From Eledone cirrhosa (lineage: Eukaryota), in contig CAXHJY010000082.1 in the NCBI GenBank assembly GCA_964016885.1, positions 146,783-210,782 on the forward strand: a stretch of 64,000 nt of DNA, read 5' to 3'. Each line of letters starts with the position of its first letter. The first letter of the stretch is position 1. Positions 1 to 18,000 of this stretch are shown here, piece by piece. Below the pieces are notes generated by a model, which had not been told where the DNA came from, did not search any database, and was given only the letters and a program-made list of their open reading frames with translations. Position numbers and translations under genes: made by a program.

Positions 1-3000
1 GTGATGATGACTCTGGTGATGATGACTATGGTGATGATGACTATGGTGATGATGACTCTGACGATGATGACTATGGTGATGATGACTATGGTGATGATGA
101 CTATGGTGATGATGACTATGGTGATGATGACTATGGTGATGATGACTATGGTGATGATGACTCTGCTGATGATGACTATGGTGATGATGACTCTGGTGAT
201 GATGACTATGGTGATGATGACTATGGTGATGATGACTATGGTGATGATGACTCTGGTGATGATGACTCTGGTATTGATGACTATGGTGATGATGACTCTG
301 ACGATGATGACTCTGGTGATGATGACTATGGTGATGATGACTATGCTGATGATGACTACGGTGATGATGACTCTGGCGATGATGACTATGGTGATGATGA
401 CTCTGGTGATGATGACGCTGGTGATGATGACTATGGTGATGATGACTCTGGTGATGATGACTCTAGTGATGATGACTCTGGTGATGATGACTCTGACGAT
501 GATGACTATGGTGATGATGACTCTGACGATGATGACTATGGTGATGATGACTCTGACGATGATGACTCTGGTGATGATGACTATGGTGATGATGACTATG
601 GTGATGATGACTATGGTGATGATGATTCTGAAGATGATGACTATGGTGATGATGACTATGGTGATGATGACTATGGTGATGATGATTCTGACGATGATGA
701 CTATGGTGATGATGACTATGGTGATGATGACTATGGTGATGATGACTCTGGTGATGATGACTATGGTGATGATGACTCTAGTGATGATGACTCTGGTGAT
801 GATGACTATGGTGATGATGACTATGGTGATGATGACTATGGTGATGATGACTATGGTGATGATGACTATGGTGATGATGACTCTGACGATGATGACTATG
901 GTGATGATGACTATGGTGATGATGACTATGGTGATGATGACTATGGTGATGATGACTATGGTGATGATGACTCTGACGATGATGACTATGGTGATGATGA
1001 CTATGGTGATGATGACTATGGTGATGATGACTCTGGTGATGATGACTATGGTGATGATAACTATGGTGATGATGACTATGGTGATGATGACTCTGACGAT
1101 GATGACTATGGTGATGATGAATATGGTGATGATGACTCTGGTGATGATGACTCTGACGATGATGACTATGGTGATGATGACTATGGTGATGATGACTCTG
1201 ACGATGATGACTATGGTGATGATGACTATGGTGATGATGACTATGGTGATGATGACTATGGTGATGATAACTATGGTGATGATGACTATGGGGATGATGA
1301 CTCTGACGATGATGACTATGGTGATGATGACTATGGTGATGATGACTATGGTGATGATGACTATTGTGATGATGACTCTGGTGATGATGACTATGGTTAT
1401 GATGACTATGGTGATGATGACTCTGACGATGATGACTATGGTGATGATGACTCTGGTGATGATGACTCTGACGATGATGACTATGGTGATGATGACTCTG
1501 ACGATGATGACTATGGTGATGATGACTCTGACGATGATGACTCTGGTGATGATGACTATGGTGATGATGACTATGGTGATGATGACTATGGTGATGATGT
1601 CTATGGTGATGATGACTATGGTGATGATGACTACGGTGATGATGACTATGGTGATGATGACTCTGGTGATGATGACTATGGTGATGATGACTATGGTGAT
1701 GATGACTATGGTGATGATGTCTATGGTGATGATGACTATGGTGATGATGACTATGGTGATGATGACTCTGGTGATGATGACTATGGTGATGATGACTATG
1801 GTGATGATGACTCTGACGATGATGACTATGGTGATGATGACTATGGTGATGATGACTATGGTGATGATGACTATGGTGATGATGACTATGGTGATGATGA
1901 CTATGGTGATGATGACTCTGCTGATGATGACTATGGTGATGATGACTCTGGTGATGATGACTATGGTGATGATGACTATGGTGATGATGACTATGGTGAT
2001 GATGACTCTGGTGATGATGACTCTGGTATTGATGACTATGGTGATGATGACTCTGACGATGATGACTCTGGTGATGATGACTATGGTGATGATGACTATG
2101 CTGATGATGACTACGGTGATGATGACTCTGGCGATGATGACTATGGTGATGATGACTCTGGTGATGATGACGCTGGTGATGATGACTATGGTGATGATGA
2201 CTCTGGTGATGATGCCTCTGGTGATGATGACTCTGGTGATGATGACTCTGACGATGATGACTATGGTGATGATGACTCTGACGATGATGACTATGGTGAT
2301 GATGACTCTGACGTTGATGACTCTGGTGATGATGACTATGGTGATGATGACTATGGTGATGATGACTATGGTGATGATGTCTATGGTGATGATGACTATG
2401 GTGATGATGACTATTGTGATGATGACTATGGTGATGATGACTCTAGTGATGATGACTATGGTGATGATGACTATGGTGATGATGACTATGGTGATGATGA
2501 CTATGTTGATGATGACTATGGTGATGATGACTATGGTGATGATGACTATGGTGATGATGACTCTGGTGATAATGACTATGGTGATGATGACTATGGTGAT
2601 GATGACTCTGACGATGATGACTCTGGTGATGATGACTCTGGTGATGATGACTATGGTGATGATGACTCTGGTGATGATGACTATGGTGATGATGACTCTG
2701 GTGATGATGACACTGGTGATGATGACTATGGTGATGATGACTATGGTGATGATGACTCTGGTGATGATGACTCTGACGATGATGACTATGGTGATGATGA
2801 CTATGGTGATGATGACTATCGTGATGATGACTATGGTGATGATGACTATGGTGATGATGACTATGGTGATGATGACTATGGTGATGATGACTCTGGTGAT
2901 GATGACTATGGTGATGATGACTCTGGTGATGATGACTATGGTGATGATGACTATGGTGATGATGACTATGGTGATGATGACTCTGACGATGATGACTCTG

Positions 3001-6000
3001 GTGATGATGACTATGGTGATGATGACTCTGATGATGATGACTATGGTGATGATCACTATGGTGATGATGACTATGGTGATGATGACTCTGGTGATGATGA
3101 CTATGGTGATGATGACTCTGACGATGATGACTCTGGTGATGATGACTATGGTGATGATGACTATGGTGATGATGACTCTGGTGATGATGACTCTGGTGAT
3201 GATGACTCTGGTGATGATGACTCTGACGATGATGACTATGGTGATGATGACTCTGACGATGATGACTATGGTGATGATGACTCTGACGATGATGACTCTG
3301 GTGATGATGACTATGGTGATGATGACTATGGTGATGATGACTATGGTGATGATGTCTATGGTGATGATGACTATGGTGATGATGACTATGGTGATGATGA
3401 CTATGGTGATGATGACTATGGTGATGATGACTATGGTGATGATGACTATGGTGATGATGACTATGGTGATGATGACTATGGTGATGATGACTATGGTGAT
3501 GATGACTCTGACGATGATGACTATGGTGATGATGACTATGGTGATGATGACTATGGTGATGATGACTATGGTGATGATGACTATGGTGATGATGACTCTG
3601 CTGATGATGACTATGGTGATGATGACTCTGGTGATGATGACTATGGTGATGATGACTATGGTGATGAAGACTATGGTGATGATGACTCTGGTGATGATGA
3701 CTCTGGTGATGATGACTATGGTGATGATGACTCTGACGATGATGACTCTGGTGATGATGACTATGGTGATGATGACTATGCTGATGATGACTACGGTGAT
3801 GATGACTCTGGCGATGATGACTATGGTGATGATGACTCTGGTGATGATGACTCTGGTGATGATGACTATGGTGATGATGACTCTGGTGATGATGCCTCTG
3901 GTGATGATGACTCTGGTGATGATGACTCTGACGATGATGACTATGGTGATGATGACTATGGTGATGATGACTATGGTGATGATGACAATTGTGATGATGA
4001 CTCTGGTGATGATGACTCTGACGATGATGACTATGGTGATGATGACTCTGACGATGATGACTATGGTGATGATGACTCTGACGATGATGACTCTGGTGAT
4101 GATGACTATGGTGATGATGACTATGGTGATGATGACTATGGTGATGATGATTCTGAAGATGATGACTATGGTGATGATGACTCTGACGATGATGACTATG
4201 GTGATGATGACTCTGACGATGATGACTATGGTGATGATGACTCTGACGATGATGACTCTGGTGATGATGACTATGGTGATGATGACTATGGTGATGATGA
4301 CTATGGTGATGATGTCTATGGTGATGATGACTATGGTGATGATGACTATGGTGATGATGACTATGGTGATGATGACTATGGTGATGATGACTATGGTGAT
4401 GATGACTATGGTGATGATGACTATGGTGATGATGACTATGGTGATGATGACTCTGACGATGATGACTCTGGTGATGATGACTATGGTGATGATGACTATG
4501 GTGATGATGACTCTGGTGATGATGACTCTGGTGATGATGACTCTGGTGATGATGACTCTGACGATGATGACTATGGTGATGATGACTCTGACGATGATGA
4601 CTATGGTGATGATGACTCTGACGATGATGACTCTGGTGATGATGACTATGATGATGATGACTATGGTGATGATGACTATGGTGATGATGTCTATGGTGAT
4701 GATGACTATGGTGATGATGACTATGGTGATGATGACTATGGTGATGATGACTATGGTGATGATGACTATGGTGATGATGACTATGGTGATGATGACTATG
4801 GTGATGATGACTATGGTGATGATGACTATGGTGATGATGACTATGGTGATGATGACTATGGTGATGATGACTATGGTGATGATGACTCTGCTGATGATGA
4901 CTATGGTGATGATGACTCTGGTGATGATGACTATGGTGATGATGACTATGGTGATGAAGACTATGGTGATGATGACTCTGGTGATGATGACTCTGGTGAT
5001 GATGACTATGGTGATGATGACTCTGACGATGATGACTCTGGTGATGATGACTATGGTGATGATGACTATGCTGATGATGACTACGGTGATGATGACTCTG
5101 GCGATGATGACTATGGTGATGATGACTCTGGTGATGATGACTCTGGTGATGATGACTATGGTGATGATTACTCTGGTGATGATGCCTCTGGTGATGATGA
5201 CTCTGGTGATGATGACTCTGACGATGATGACTATGGTGATGATGACTATGGTGATGATGACTATGGTGATGATGACTATTGTGATGATGACTCTGGTGAT
5301 GATGACTCTGACGATGATGACTATGGTGATGATGACTCTGACGATGATGACTATGGTGATGATGACTCTGACGATGATGACTCTGGTGATGATGACTATG
5401 GTGATGATGACTATGGTGATGATGACTATGGTGATGATGATTCTGAAGATGATGACTATGGTGATGATGACTATGGTGATGATGACTATGGTGATGATGA
5501 TTCTGACGATGATGACTATGGTGATGATGACTATGGTGATGATGACTATGGTGATGATGACTCTGGTGATGATGACTATGGTGATGATGACTCTAGTGAT
5601 GATGACTCTGGTGATGATGACTATGGTGATGATGACTATGGTGATGATGACTATGGTGATGATGACTATGGTGATGATGACTATGGTGATGATGACTCTG
5701 ACGATGATGACTATGGTGATGATGACTATGGTGATGATGACTATGGTGATGATGACTATGGTGATGATGACTATGGTGATGATGACTCTGACGATGATGA
5801 CTATGGTGATGATGACTATGGTGATGATGACTATGGTGATGATGACTCTGGTGATGATGACTATGGTGATGATAACTATGGTGATGATGACTATGGTGAT
5901 GATGACTCTGACGATGATGACTATGGTGATGATGAATATGGTGATGATGACTCTGGTGATGATGACTCTGACGATGATGACTATGGTGATGATGACTATG

Positions 6001-9000
6001 GTTATGATGACTCTGACGATGATGACTATGGTGATGATGACTATGGTGATGATGACTATGGTGATGATGACTATGGTGATGATAACTATGGTGATGATGA
6101 CTATGGGGATGATGACTCTGACGATGATGACTATGGTGATGATGACTATGGTGATGATGACTATGGTGATGATGACTATTGTGATGATGACTCTGGTGAT
6201 GATGACTATGGTTATGATGACTATGGTGATGATGACTCTGACGATGATGACTATGGTGATGATGACTCTGGTGATGATGACTCTGACGATGATGACTATG
6301 GTGATGATGACTCTGACGATGATGACTATGGTGATGATGACTCTGACGATGATGACTCTGGTGATGATGACTATGGTGATGATGACTATGGTGATGATGA
6401 CTATGGTGATGATGTCTATGGTGATGATGACTATGGTGATGATGACTACGGTGATGATGACTATGGTGATGATGACTCTGGTGATGATGACTATGGTGAT
6501 GATGACTATGGTGATGATGAATATGGTGATGATGTCTATGGTGATGATGACTATGGTGATGATGACTATGGTGATGATGACTCTGGTGATGATGACTATG
6601 GTGATGATGACTCTGGTGATGATGACTATGGTGATGATGACTCTGGTGATGATGACTATGGGGATGATGACTATGGTGATGATGACTCTGGTGATGATGA
6701 CTATGGGGATGATGAGTATGGTGATGATGACTCTGGTGATGATGACTATGGTGATGATGACTCTGGTGATGATGACTATGGTGATGATGACTATGGTGAT
6801 GATGACTCTGGTGATGATGACTCTGGTGATGATGACTATGGTGATGATGACTATGGTTATGATGACTCTGGTGATGATGACTATGGTGATGATGACTATG
6901 GTGATGATGACTATGGTGATGATGACTCTGACGATGATGACTCTGGTGATGATGACTATGGTGATGATGACTATGGTGATGATGACTCTGGTGATGATGA
7001 CTCTGGTGATGATGACTCTGGTGATGATGACTCTGACGATGATGACTATGGTGATGATGACTCTGACGATGATGACTATGGTGATGATGACTCTGACGAT
7101 GATGACTCTGGTGATGATGACTATGGTGATGATGACTATGGTGATGATGACTATGGTGATGATGTCTATGGTGATGATGACTATGGTGATGATGACTATG
7201 GTGATGATGACTATGGTGATGATGACTATGGTGATGATGACTATGGTGATGATGACTATGGTGATGATGACTATGGTGATGATGACTATGGTGATGATGA
7301 CTATGGTGATGATGACTCTGACGATGATGACTATGGTGATGATGACTATGGTGATGATGACTATGGTGATGATGACTATGGTGATGATGACTCTGCTGAT
7401 GATGACTATGGTGATGATGACTCTGGTGATGATGACTATGGTGATGATGACTATGGTGATGAAGACTATGGTGATGATGACTCTGGTGATGATGACTCTG
7501 GTGATGATGACTATGGTGATGATGACTCTGACGATGATGACTCTGGTGATGATGACTATGGTGATGATGACTATGCTGATGATGACTACGGTGATGATGA
7601 CTCTGGCGATGATGACTATGGTGATGATGACTCTGGTGATGATGACTCTGGTGATGATGACTATGGTGATGATGACTCTGGTGATGATGCCTCTGGTGAT
7701 GATGACTCTGGTGATGATGACTCTGACGATGATGACTATGGTGATGATGACTATGGTGATGATGACTATGGTGATGATGACTATTGTGATGATGACTCTG
7801 GTGATGATGACTCTGACGATGATGACTATGGTGATGATGACTCTGACGATGATGACTATGGTGATGATGACTCTGACGATGATGACTCTGGTGATGATGA
7901 CTATGGTGATGATGACTATGGTGATGATGACTATGGTGATGATGATTCTGAAGATGATGACTATGGTGATGATGACTATGGTGATGATGACTATGGTGAT
8001 GATGATTCTGACGATGATGACTATGGTGATGATGACTATGGTGATGATGACTATGGTGATGATGACTCTGGTGATGATGACTATGGTGATGATGACTCTA
8101 GTGATGATGACTCTGGTGATGATGACTATGGTGATGATGACTATGGTGATGATGACTATGGTGATGATGACTATGGTGATGATGACTATGGTGATGATGA
8201 CTCTGACGATGATGACTATGGTGATGATGACTATGGTGATGATGACTATGGTGATGATGACTATGGTGATGATGACTATGGTGATGATGACTCTGACGAT
8301 GATTACTATGGTGATGATGACTATGGTGATGATGACTATGGTGATGATGACTCTGGTGATGATGACTATGGTGATGATAACTATGGTGATGATGACTATG
8401 GTGATGATGACTCTGACGATGATGACTATGGTGATGATGAATATGGTGATGATGACTCTGGTGATGATGACTCTGACGATGATGACTATGGTGATGATGA
8501 CTATGGTTATGATGACTCTGACGATGATGACTATGGTGATGATGACTATGGTGATGATGACTATGGTGATGATGACTATGGTGATGATAACTATGGTGAT
8601 GATGACTATGGGGATGATGACTCTGACGATGATGACTATGGTGATGATGACTATGGTGATGATGACTATGGTGATGATGACTATTGTGATGATGACTCTG
8701 GTGATGATGACTATGGTTATGATGACTATGGTGATGATGACTCTGACGATGATGACTATGGTGATGATGACTCTGGTGATGATGACTCTGACGATGATGA
8801 CTATGGTGATGATGACTCTGACGATGATGACTATGGTGATGATGACTCTGACGATGATGACTCTGGTGATGATGACTATGGTGATGATGACTATGGTGAT
8901 GATGACTATGGTGATGATGTCTATGGTGATGATGACTATGGTGATGATGACTACGGTGATGATGACTATGGTGATGATGACTCTGGTGATGATGACTATG

Positions 9001-12000
9001 GTGATGATGACTATGGTGATGATGACTATGGTGATGATGTCTATGGTGATGATGACTATGGTGATGATGACTATGGTGATGATGACTCTGGTGATGATGA
9101 CTATGGTGATGATGACTCTGGTGATGATGACTATGGTGATGATGACTCTGGTGATGATGACTATGGGGATGATGACTATGGTGATGATGACTCTGGTGAT
9201 GATGACTATGGGGATGATGAGTATGGTGATGATGACTCTGGTGATGATGACTATGGTGATGATGACTCTGGTGATGATGACTATGGTGATGATGACTATG
9301 GTGATGATGACTCTGGTGATGATGACTCTGGTGATGATGACTATGGTGATGATGACTATGGTTATGATGACTCTGGTGATGATGACTATGGTGATGATGA
9401 CTCTGAGGATGATGACTATGGTGATGATGACTATGGTGATGATGACTATGGTGATGATGACTATGGTGATGATGACTATGGTAATGATGACTCTGACGAT
9501 GATGACTATGGTGATGATGACTATGGTGATGATGACTATGGTGATGATGACTCTGGTGATGATGACTATGGTGATGATGACTATGGTGATGATGACTATG
9601 GTGATGATGACTATGGTGATGATGACTCTGGTGATGATGACTATGGTGATGATGACTCTGGTGATGATGACTCTGGTGATGATGACTATGGTGATGAATG
9701 CTCTGACGATGATGACTCTGGTGATGATGACTATGGTGATGATGACTATGCTGATGATGACTATGGTGATGATGACTCTGGCGATGATGACTATGGTGAT
9801 GATGACTCTGGTGATGATGACTCTGGTGATGATGACTATGGTGATGATGACTCTGGTGATGATGACTCTAGTGATGATGACTCTGGTGATGATGACTCTG
9901 ACGATGATGACTATGGTGATGATGACTCTGACGATGATGACTATGGTGATGATGACTCTGACGATGATGACTCTGGTGATGATGACTATGGTGATGATGA
10001 CTATGGTGATGATGACTATGGTGATGATGATTCTGAAGATGATGACTATGGTGATGATGACTATGGTGATGATGACTATGGTGATGATGATTCTGACGAT
10101 GATGACTATGGTGATGATGACTATGGTGATGATGACTATGGTGATGATGACTCTAGTGATGATGACTCTGGTGATGATGACTATGGTGATGATGACTATG
10201 GTGATGATGACTATGGTGATGATGACTATGGTGATGATGACTATGGTGATGATGACTCTGACGATGATGACTATGGTGATGATGACTATGGTGATGATGA
10301 CTATGGTGATGATGACTATGGTGATGATGACTATGGTGATGATGACTCTGACGATGATGACTATGGTGATGATGACTATGGTGATGATGACTATGGTGAT
10401 GATGACTCTGGTGATGATGACTATGGTGATGATAACTATGGTGATGATGACTATGGTGATGATGACTCTGACGATGATGACTATGGTGATGATGAATATG
10501 GTGATGATGACTCTGGTGATGATGACTCTGACGATGATGACTATGGTGATGATGACTATGGTGATGATGACTCTGACGATGATGACTATGGTGATGATGA
10601 CTATGGTGATGATGACTATGGTGATGATGACTATGGTGATGATAACTATGGTGATGATGACTATGGGGATGATGACTCTGACGATGATGACTATGGTGAT
10701 GATGACTATGGTGATGATGACTATGGTGATGATGACTATTGTGATGATGACTCTGGTGATGATGACTATGGTTATGATGACTATGGTGATGATGACTCTG
10801 ACGATGATGACTATGGTGATGATGACTCTGGTGATGATGACTCTGACGATGATGACTATGGTGATGATGACTCTGACGATGATGACTATGGTGATGATGA
10901 CTCTGACGATGATGACTCTGGTGATGATGACTATGGTGATGATGACTATGGTGATGATGACTATGGTGATGATGTCTATGGTGATGATGACTATGGTGAT
11001 GATGACTACGGTGATGATGACTATGGTGATGATGACTCTGGTGATGATGACTATGGTGATGATGACTATGGTGATGATGACTATGGTGATGATGTCTATG
11101 GTGATGATGACTATGGTGATGATGACTATGGTGATGATGACTCTGGTGATGATGACTATGGTGATGATGACTATGGTGATGATGACTATGGTGATGATGA
11201 CTATGGTGATGATGACTATGGTGATGATGACTCTGCTGATGATGACTATGGTGATGATGACTCTGGTGATGATGACTATGGTGATGATGACTATGGTGAT
11301 GATGACTATGGTGATGATGACTCTGGTGATGATGACTCTGGTATTGATGACTATGGTGATGATGACTCTGACGATGATGACTCTGGTGATGATGACTATG
11401 GTGATGATGACTATGCTGATGATGACTACGGTGATGATGACTCTGGCGATGATGACTATGGTGATGATGACTCTGGTGATGATGACGCTGGTGATGATGA
11501 CTATGGTGATGATGACTCTGGTGATGATGCCTCTGGTGATGATGACTCTGGTGATGATGACTCTGACGATGATGACTATGGTGATGATGACTCTGACGAT
11601 GATGACTATGGTGATGATGACTCTGACGTTGATGACTCTGGTGATGATGACTATGGTGATGATGACTATGGTGATGATGACTATGGTGATGATGTCTATG
11701 GTGATGATGACTATGGTGATGATGACTATTGTGATGATGACTATGGTGATGATGACTCTAGTGATGATGACTATGGTGATGATGACTATGGTGATGATGA
11801 CTATGGTGATGATGACTATGTTGATGATGACTATGGTGATGATGACTATGGTGATGATGACTATGGTGATGATGACTCTGGTGATAATGACTATGGTGAT
11901 GATGACTATGGTGATGATGACTCTGACGATGATGACTCTGGTGATGATGACTCTGGTGATGATGACTATGGTGATGATGACTCTGGTGATGATGACTATG

Positions 12001-15000
12001 GTGATGATGACTCTGGTGATGATGACACTGGTGATGATGACTATGGTGATGATGACTATGGTGATGATGACTCTGGTGATGATGACTCTGACGATGATGA
12101 CTATGGTGATGATGACTATGGTGATGATGACTATCGTGATGATGACTATGGTGATGATGACTATGGTGATGATGACTATGGTGATGATGACTATGGTGAT
12201 GATGACTCTGGTGATGATGACTATGGTGATGATGACTCTGGTGATGATGACTATGGTGATGATGACTATGGTGATGATGACTATGGTGATGATGACTCTG
12301 ACGATGATGACTCTGGTGATGATGACTATGGTGATGATGACTCTGATGATGATGACTATGGTGATGATCACTATGGTGATGATGACTATGGTGATGATGA
12401 CTCTGGTGATGATGACTATGGTGATGATGACTCTGACGATGATGACTCTGGTGATGATGACTATGGTGATGATGACTATGGTGATGATGACTCTGGTGAT
12501 GATGACTCTGGTGATGATGACTCTGGTGATGATGACTCTGACGATGATGACTATGGTGATGATGACTCTGACGATGATGACTATGGTGATGATGACTCTG
12601 ACGATGATGACTCTGGTGATGATGACTATGGTGATGATGACTATGGTGATGATGACTATGGTGATGATGTCTATGGTGATGATGACTATGGTGATGATGA
12701 CTATGGTGATGATGACTATGGTGATGATGACTATGGTGATGATGACTATGGTGATGATGACTATGGTGATGATGACTATGGTGATGATGACTATGGTGAT
12801 GATGACTATGGTGATGATGACTCTGACGATGATGACTATGGTGATGATGACTATGGTGATGATGACTATGGTGATGATGACTATGGTGATGATGACTATG
12901 GTGATGATGACTCTGCTGATGATGACTATGGTGATGATGACTCTGGTGATGATGACTATGGTGATGATGACTATGGTGATGAAGACTATGGTGATGATGA
13001 CTCTGGTGATGATGACTCTGGTGATGATGACTATGGTGATGATGACTCTGACGATGATGACTCTGGTGATGATGACTATGGTGATGATGACTATGCTGAT
13101 GATGACTACGGTGATGATGACTCTGGCGATGATGACTATGGTGATGATGACTCTGGTGATGATGACTCTGGTGATGATGACTATGGTGATGATGACTCTG
13201 GTGATGATGCCTCTGGTGATGATGACTCTGGTGATGATGACTCTGACGATGATGACTATGGTGATGATGACTATGGTGATGATGACTATGGTGATGATGA
13301 CTATTGTGATGATGACTCTGGTGATGATGACTCTGACGATGATGACTATGGTGATGATGACTCTGACGATGATGACTATGGTGATGATGACTCTGACGAT
13401 GATGACTCTGGTGATGATGACTATGGTGATGATGACTATGGTGATGATGACTATGGTGATGATGATTCTGAAGATGATGACTATGGTGATGATGACTCTG
13501 ACGATGATGACTATGGTGATGATGACTCTGACGATGATGACTATGGTGATGATGACTCTGACGATGATGACTCTGGTGATGATGACTATGGTGATGATGA
13601 CTATGGTGATGATGACTATGGTGATGATGTCTATGGTGATGATGACTATGGTGATGATGACTATGGTGATGATGACTATGGTGATGATGACTATGGTGAT
13701 GATGACTATGGTGATGATGACTATGGTGATGATGACTATGGTGATGATGACTATGGTGATGATGACTCTGACGATGATGACTCTGGTGATGATGACTATG
13801 GTGATGATGACTATGGTGATGATGACTCTGGTGATGATGACTCTGGTGATGATGACTCTGGTGATGATGACTCTGACGATGATGACTATGGTGATGATGA
13901 CTCTGACGATGATGACTATGGTGATGATGACTCTGACGATGATGACTCTGGTGATGATGACTATGGTGATGATGACTATGGTGATGATGACTATGGTGAT
14001 GATGTCTATGGTGATGATGACTATGGTGATGATGACTATGGTGATGATGACTATGGTGATGATGACTATGGTGATGATGACTATGGTGATGATGACTATG
14101 GTGATGATGACTATGGTGATGATGACTATGGTGATGATGACTATGGTGATGATGACTCTGACGATGATGACTATGGTGATGATGACTATGGTGATGATGA
14201 CTATGGTGATGATGACTATGGTGATGATGACTCTGCTGATGATGACTATGGTGATGATGACTCTGGTGATGATGACTATGGTGATGATGACTATGGTGAT
14301 GAAGACTATGGTGATGATGACTCTGGTGATGATGACTCTGGTGATGATGACTATGGTGATGATGACTCTGACGATGATGACTCTGGTGATGATGACTATG
14401 GTGATGATGACTATGCTGATGATGACTACGGTGATGATGACTCTGGCGATGATGACTATGGTGATGATGACTCTGGTGATGATGACTCTGGTGATGATGA
14501 CTATGGTGATGATGACTCTGGTGATGATGCCTCTGGTGATGATGACTCTGGTGATGATGACTCTGACGATGATGACTATGGTGATGATGACTATGGTGAT
14601 GATGACTATGGTGATGATGACTATTGTGATGATGACTCTGGTGATGATGACTCTGACGATGATGACTATGGTGATGATGACTCTGACGATGATGACTATG
14701 GTGATGATGACTCTGACGATGATGACTCTGGTGATGATGACTATGGTGATGATGACTATGGTGATGATGACTATGGTGATGATGATTCTGAAGATGATGA
14801 CTATGGTGATGATGACTATGGTGATGATGACTATGGTGATGATGATTCTGACGATGATGACTATGGTGATGATGACTATGGTGATGATGACTATGGTGAT
14901 GATGACTCTGGTGATGATGACTATGGTGATGATGACTCTAGTGATGATGACTATGGTGATGATGACTATGGTGATGATGACTATGGTGATGATGACTATG

Positions 15001-18000
15001 GTGATGATGACTATGGTGATGATGACTCTGACGATGATGACTATGGTGATGATGACTATGGTGATGATGACTATGGTGATGATGACTCTGGTGATGATGA
15101 CTATGGTGATGATAACTATGGTGATGATGACTATGGTGATGATGACTCTGACGATGATGACTATGGTGATGATGAATATGGTGATGATGACTCTGGTGAT
15201 GATGACTCTGACGATGATGACTATGGTGATGATGACTATGGTGATGATGACTCTGACGATGATGACTATGGTGATGATGACTATGGTGATGATGACTATG
15301 GTGATGATGACTATGGTGATGATAACTATGGTGATGATGACTATGGGGATGATGACTCTGACGATGATGACTATGGTGATGATGACTATGGTGATGATGA
15401 CTATGGTGATGATGACTATTGTGATGATGACTCTGGTGATGATGACTATGGTTATGATGACTATGGTGATGATGACTCTGACGATGATGACTATGGTGAT
15501 GATGACTCTGGTGATGATGACTCTGACGATGATGACTATGGTGATGATGACTCTGACGATGATGACTATGGTGATGATGACTCTGACGATGATGACTCTG
15601 GTGATGATGACTATGGTGATGATGACTATGGTGATGATGACTATGGTGATGATGTCTATGTTGATGATGACTATGGTGATGATGACTACGGTGATGATGA
15701 CTATGGTGATGATGACTCTGGTGATGATGACTATGGTGATGATGACTATGGTGATGATGACTATGGTGATGATGTCTATGGTGATGATGACTATGGTGAT
15801 GATGACTATGGTGATGATGACTCTGGTGATGATGACTATGGTGATGATGACTATGGTGATGATGACTCTGACGATGATGACTATGGTGATGATGACTATG
15901 GTGATGATGACTATGGTGATGATGACTATGGTGATGATGACTATGGTGATGATGACTCTGCTGATGATGACTATGGTGATGATGACTCTGGTGATGATGA
16001 CTATGGTGATGATGACTATGGTGATGATGACTATGGTGATGATGACTCTGGTGATGATGACTCTGGTGATGATGACTATGGTGATGATGACTCTGACGAT
16101 GATGACTCTGGTGATGATGACTATGGTGATGATGACTATGCTGATGATGACTACGGTGATGATGACTCTGGCGATGATGACTATGGTGATGATGACTCTG
16201 GTGATGATGACGCTGGTGATGATGACTATGGTGATGATGACTCTGGTGATGATGCCTCTGGTGATGATGACTCTGGTGATGATGACTCTGACGATGATGA
16301 CTATGGTGATGATGACTCTGACGATGATGACTATGGTGATGATGACTCTGACGTTGATGACTCTGGTGATGATGACTATGGTGATGATGACTATGGTGAT
16401 GATGACTATGGTGATGATGTCTATGGTGATGATGACTATGGTGATGATGACTATTGTGATGATGACTATGGTGATGATGACTCTAGTGATGATGACTATG
16501 GTGATGATGACTATGGTGATGATGACTATGGTGATGATGACTATGTTGATGATGACTATGGTGATGATGACTATGGTGATGATGACTATGGTGATGATGA
16601 CTCTGGTGATAATGACTATGGTGATGATGACTATGGTGATGATGACTCTGACGATGATGACTCTGGTGATGATGACTCTGGTGATGATGACTATGGTGAT
16701 GATGACTCTGGTGATGATGACTATGGTGATGATGACTCTGGTGATGATGACACTGGTGATGATGACTATGGTGATGATGACTATGGTGATGATGACTCTG
16801 GTGATGATGACTCTGACGATGATGACTATGGTGATGATGACTATGGTGATGATGACTATCGTGATGATGACTATGGTGATGATGACTATGGTGATGATGA
16901 CTATGGTGATGATGACTATGGTGATGATGACTCTGGTGATGATGACTATGGTGATGATGACTATGGTGATGATGACTATGGTGATGATGACTCTGACGAT
17001 GATGACTCTGGTGATGATGACTATGGTGATGATGACTCTGATGATGATGACTATGGTGATGATCACTATGGTGATGATGACTATGGTGATGATGACTCTG
17101 GTGATGATGACTATGGTGATGATGACTCTGACGATGATGACTCTGGTGATGATGACTATGGTGATGATGACTATGGTGATGATGACTCTGGTGATGATGA
17201 CTCTGGTGATGATGACTCTGGTGATGATGACTCTGACGATGATGACTATGGTGATGATGACTCTGACGATGATGACTATGGTGATGATGACTCTGACGAT
17301 GATGACTCTGGTGATGATGACTATGGTGATGATGACTATGGTGATGATGACTATGGTGATGATGTCTATGGTGATGATGACTATGGTGATGATGACTATG
17401 GTGATGATGACTATGGTGATGATGACTATGGTGATGATGACTATGGTGATGATGACTATGGTGATGATGACTATGGTGATGATGACTATGGTGATGATGA
17501 CTCTGACGATGATGACTATGGTGATGATGACTATGGTGATGATGACTATGGTGATGATGACTATGGTGATGATGACTATGGTGATGATGACTCTGCTGAT
17601 GATGACTATGGTGATGATGACTCTGGTGATGATGACTATGGTGATGATGACTATGGTGATGAAGACTATGGTGATGATGACTCTGGTGATGATGACTCTG
17701 GTGATGATGACTATGGTGATGATGACTCTGACGATGATGACTCTGGTGATGATGACTATGGTGATGATGACTATGCTGATGATGACTACGGTGATGATGA
17801 CTCTGGCGATGATGACTATGGTGATGATGACTCTGGTGATGATGACTCTGGTGATGATGACTATGGTGATGATGACTCTGGTGATGATGCCTCTGGTGAT
17901 GATGACTCTGGTGATGATGACTCTGACGATGATGACTATGGTGATGATGACTCTAGTGATGATGACTATGGTGATGATGACTATGGTGATGATGACTATG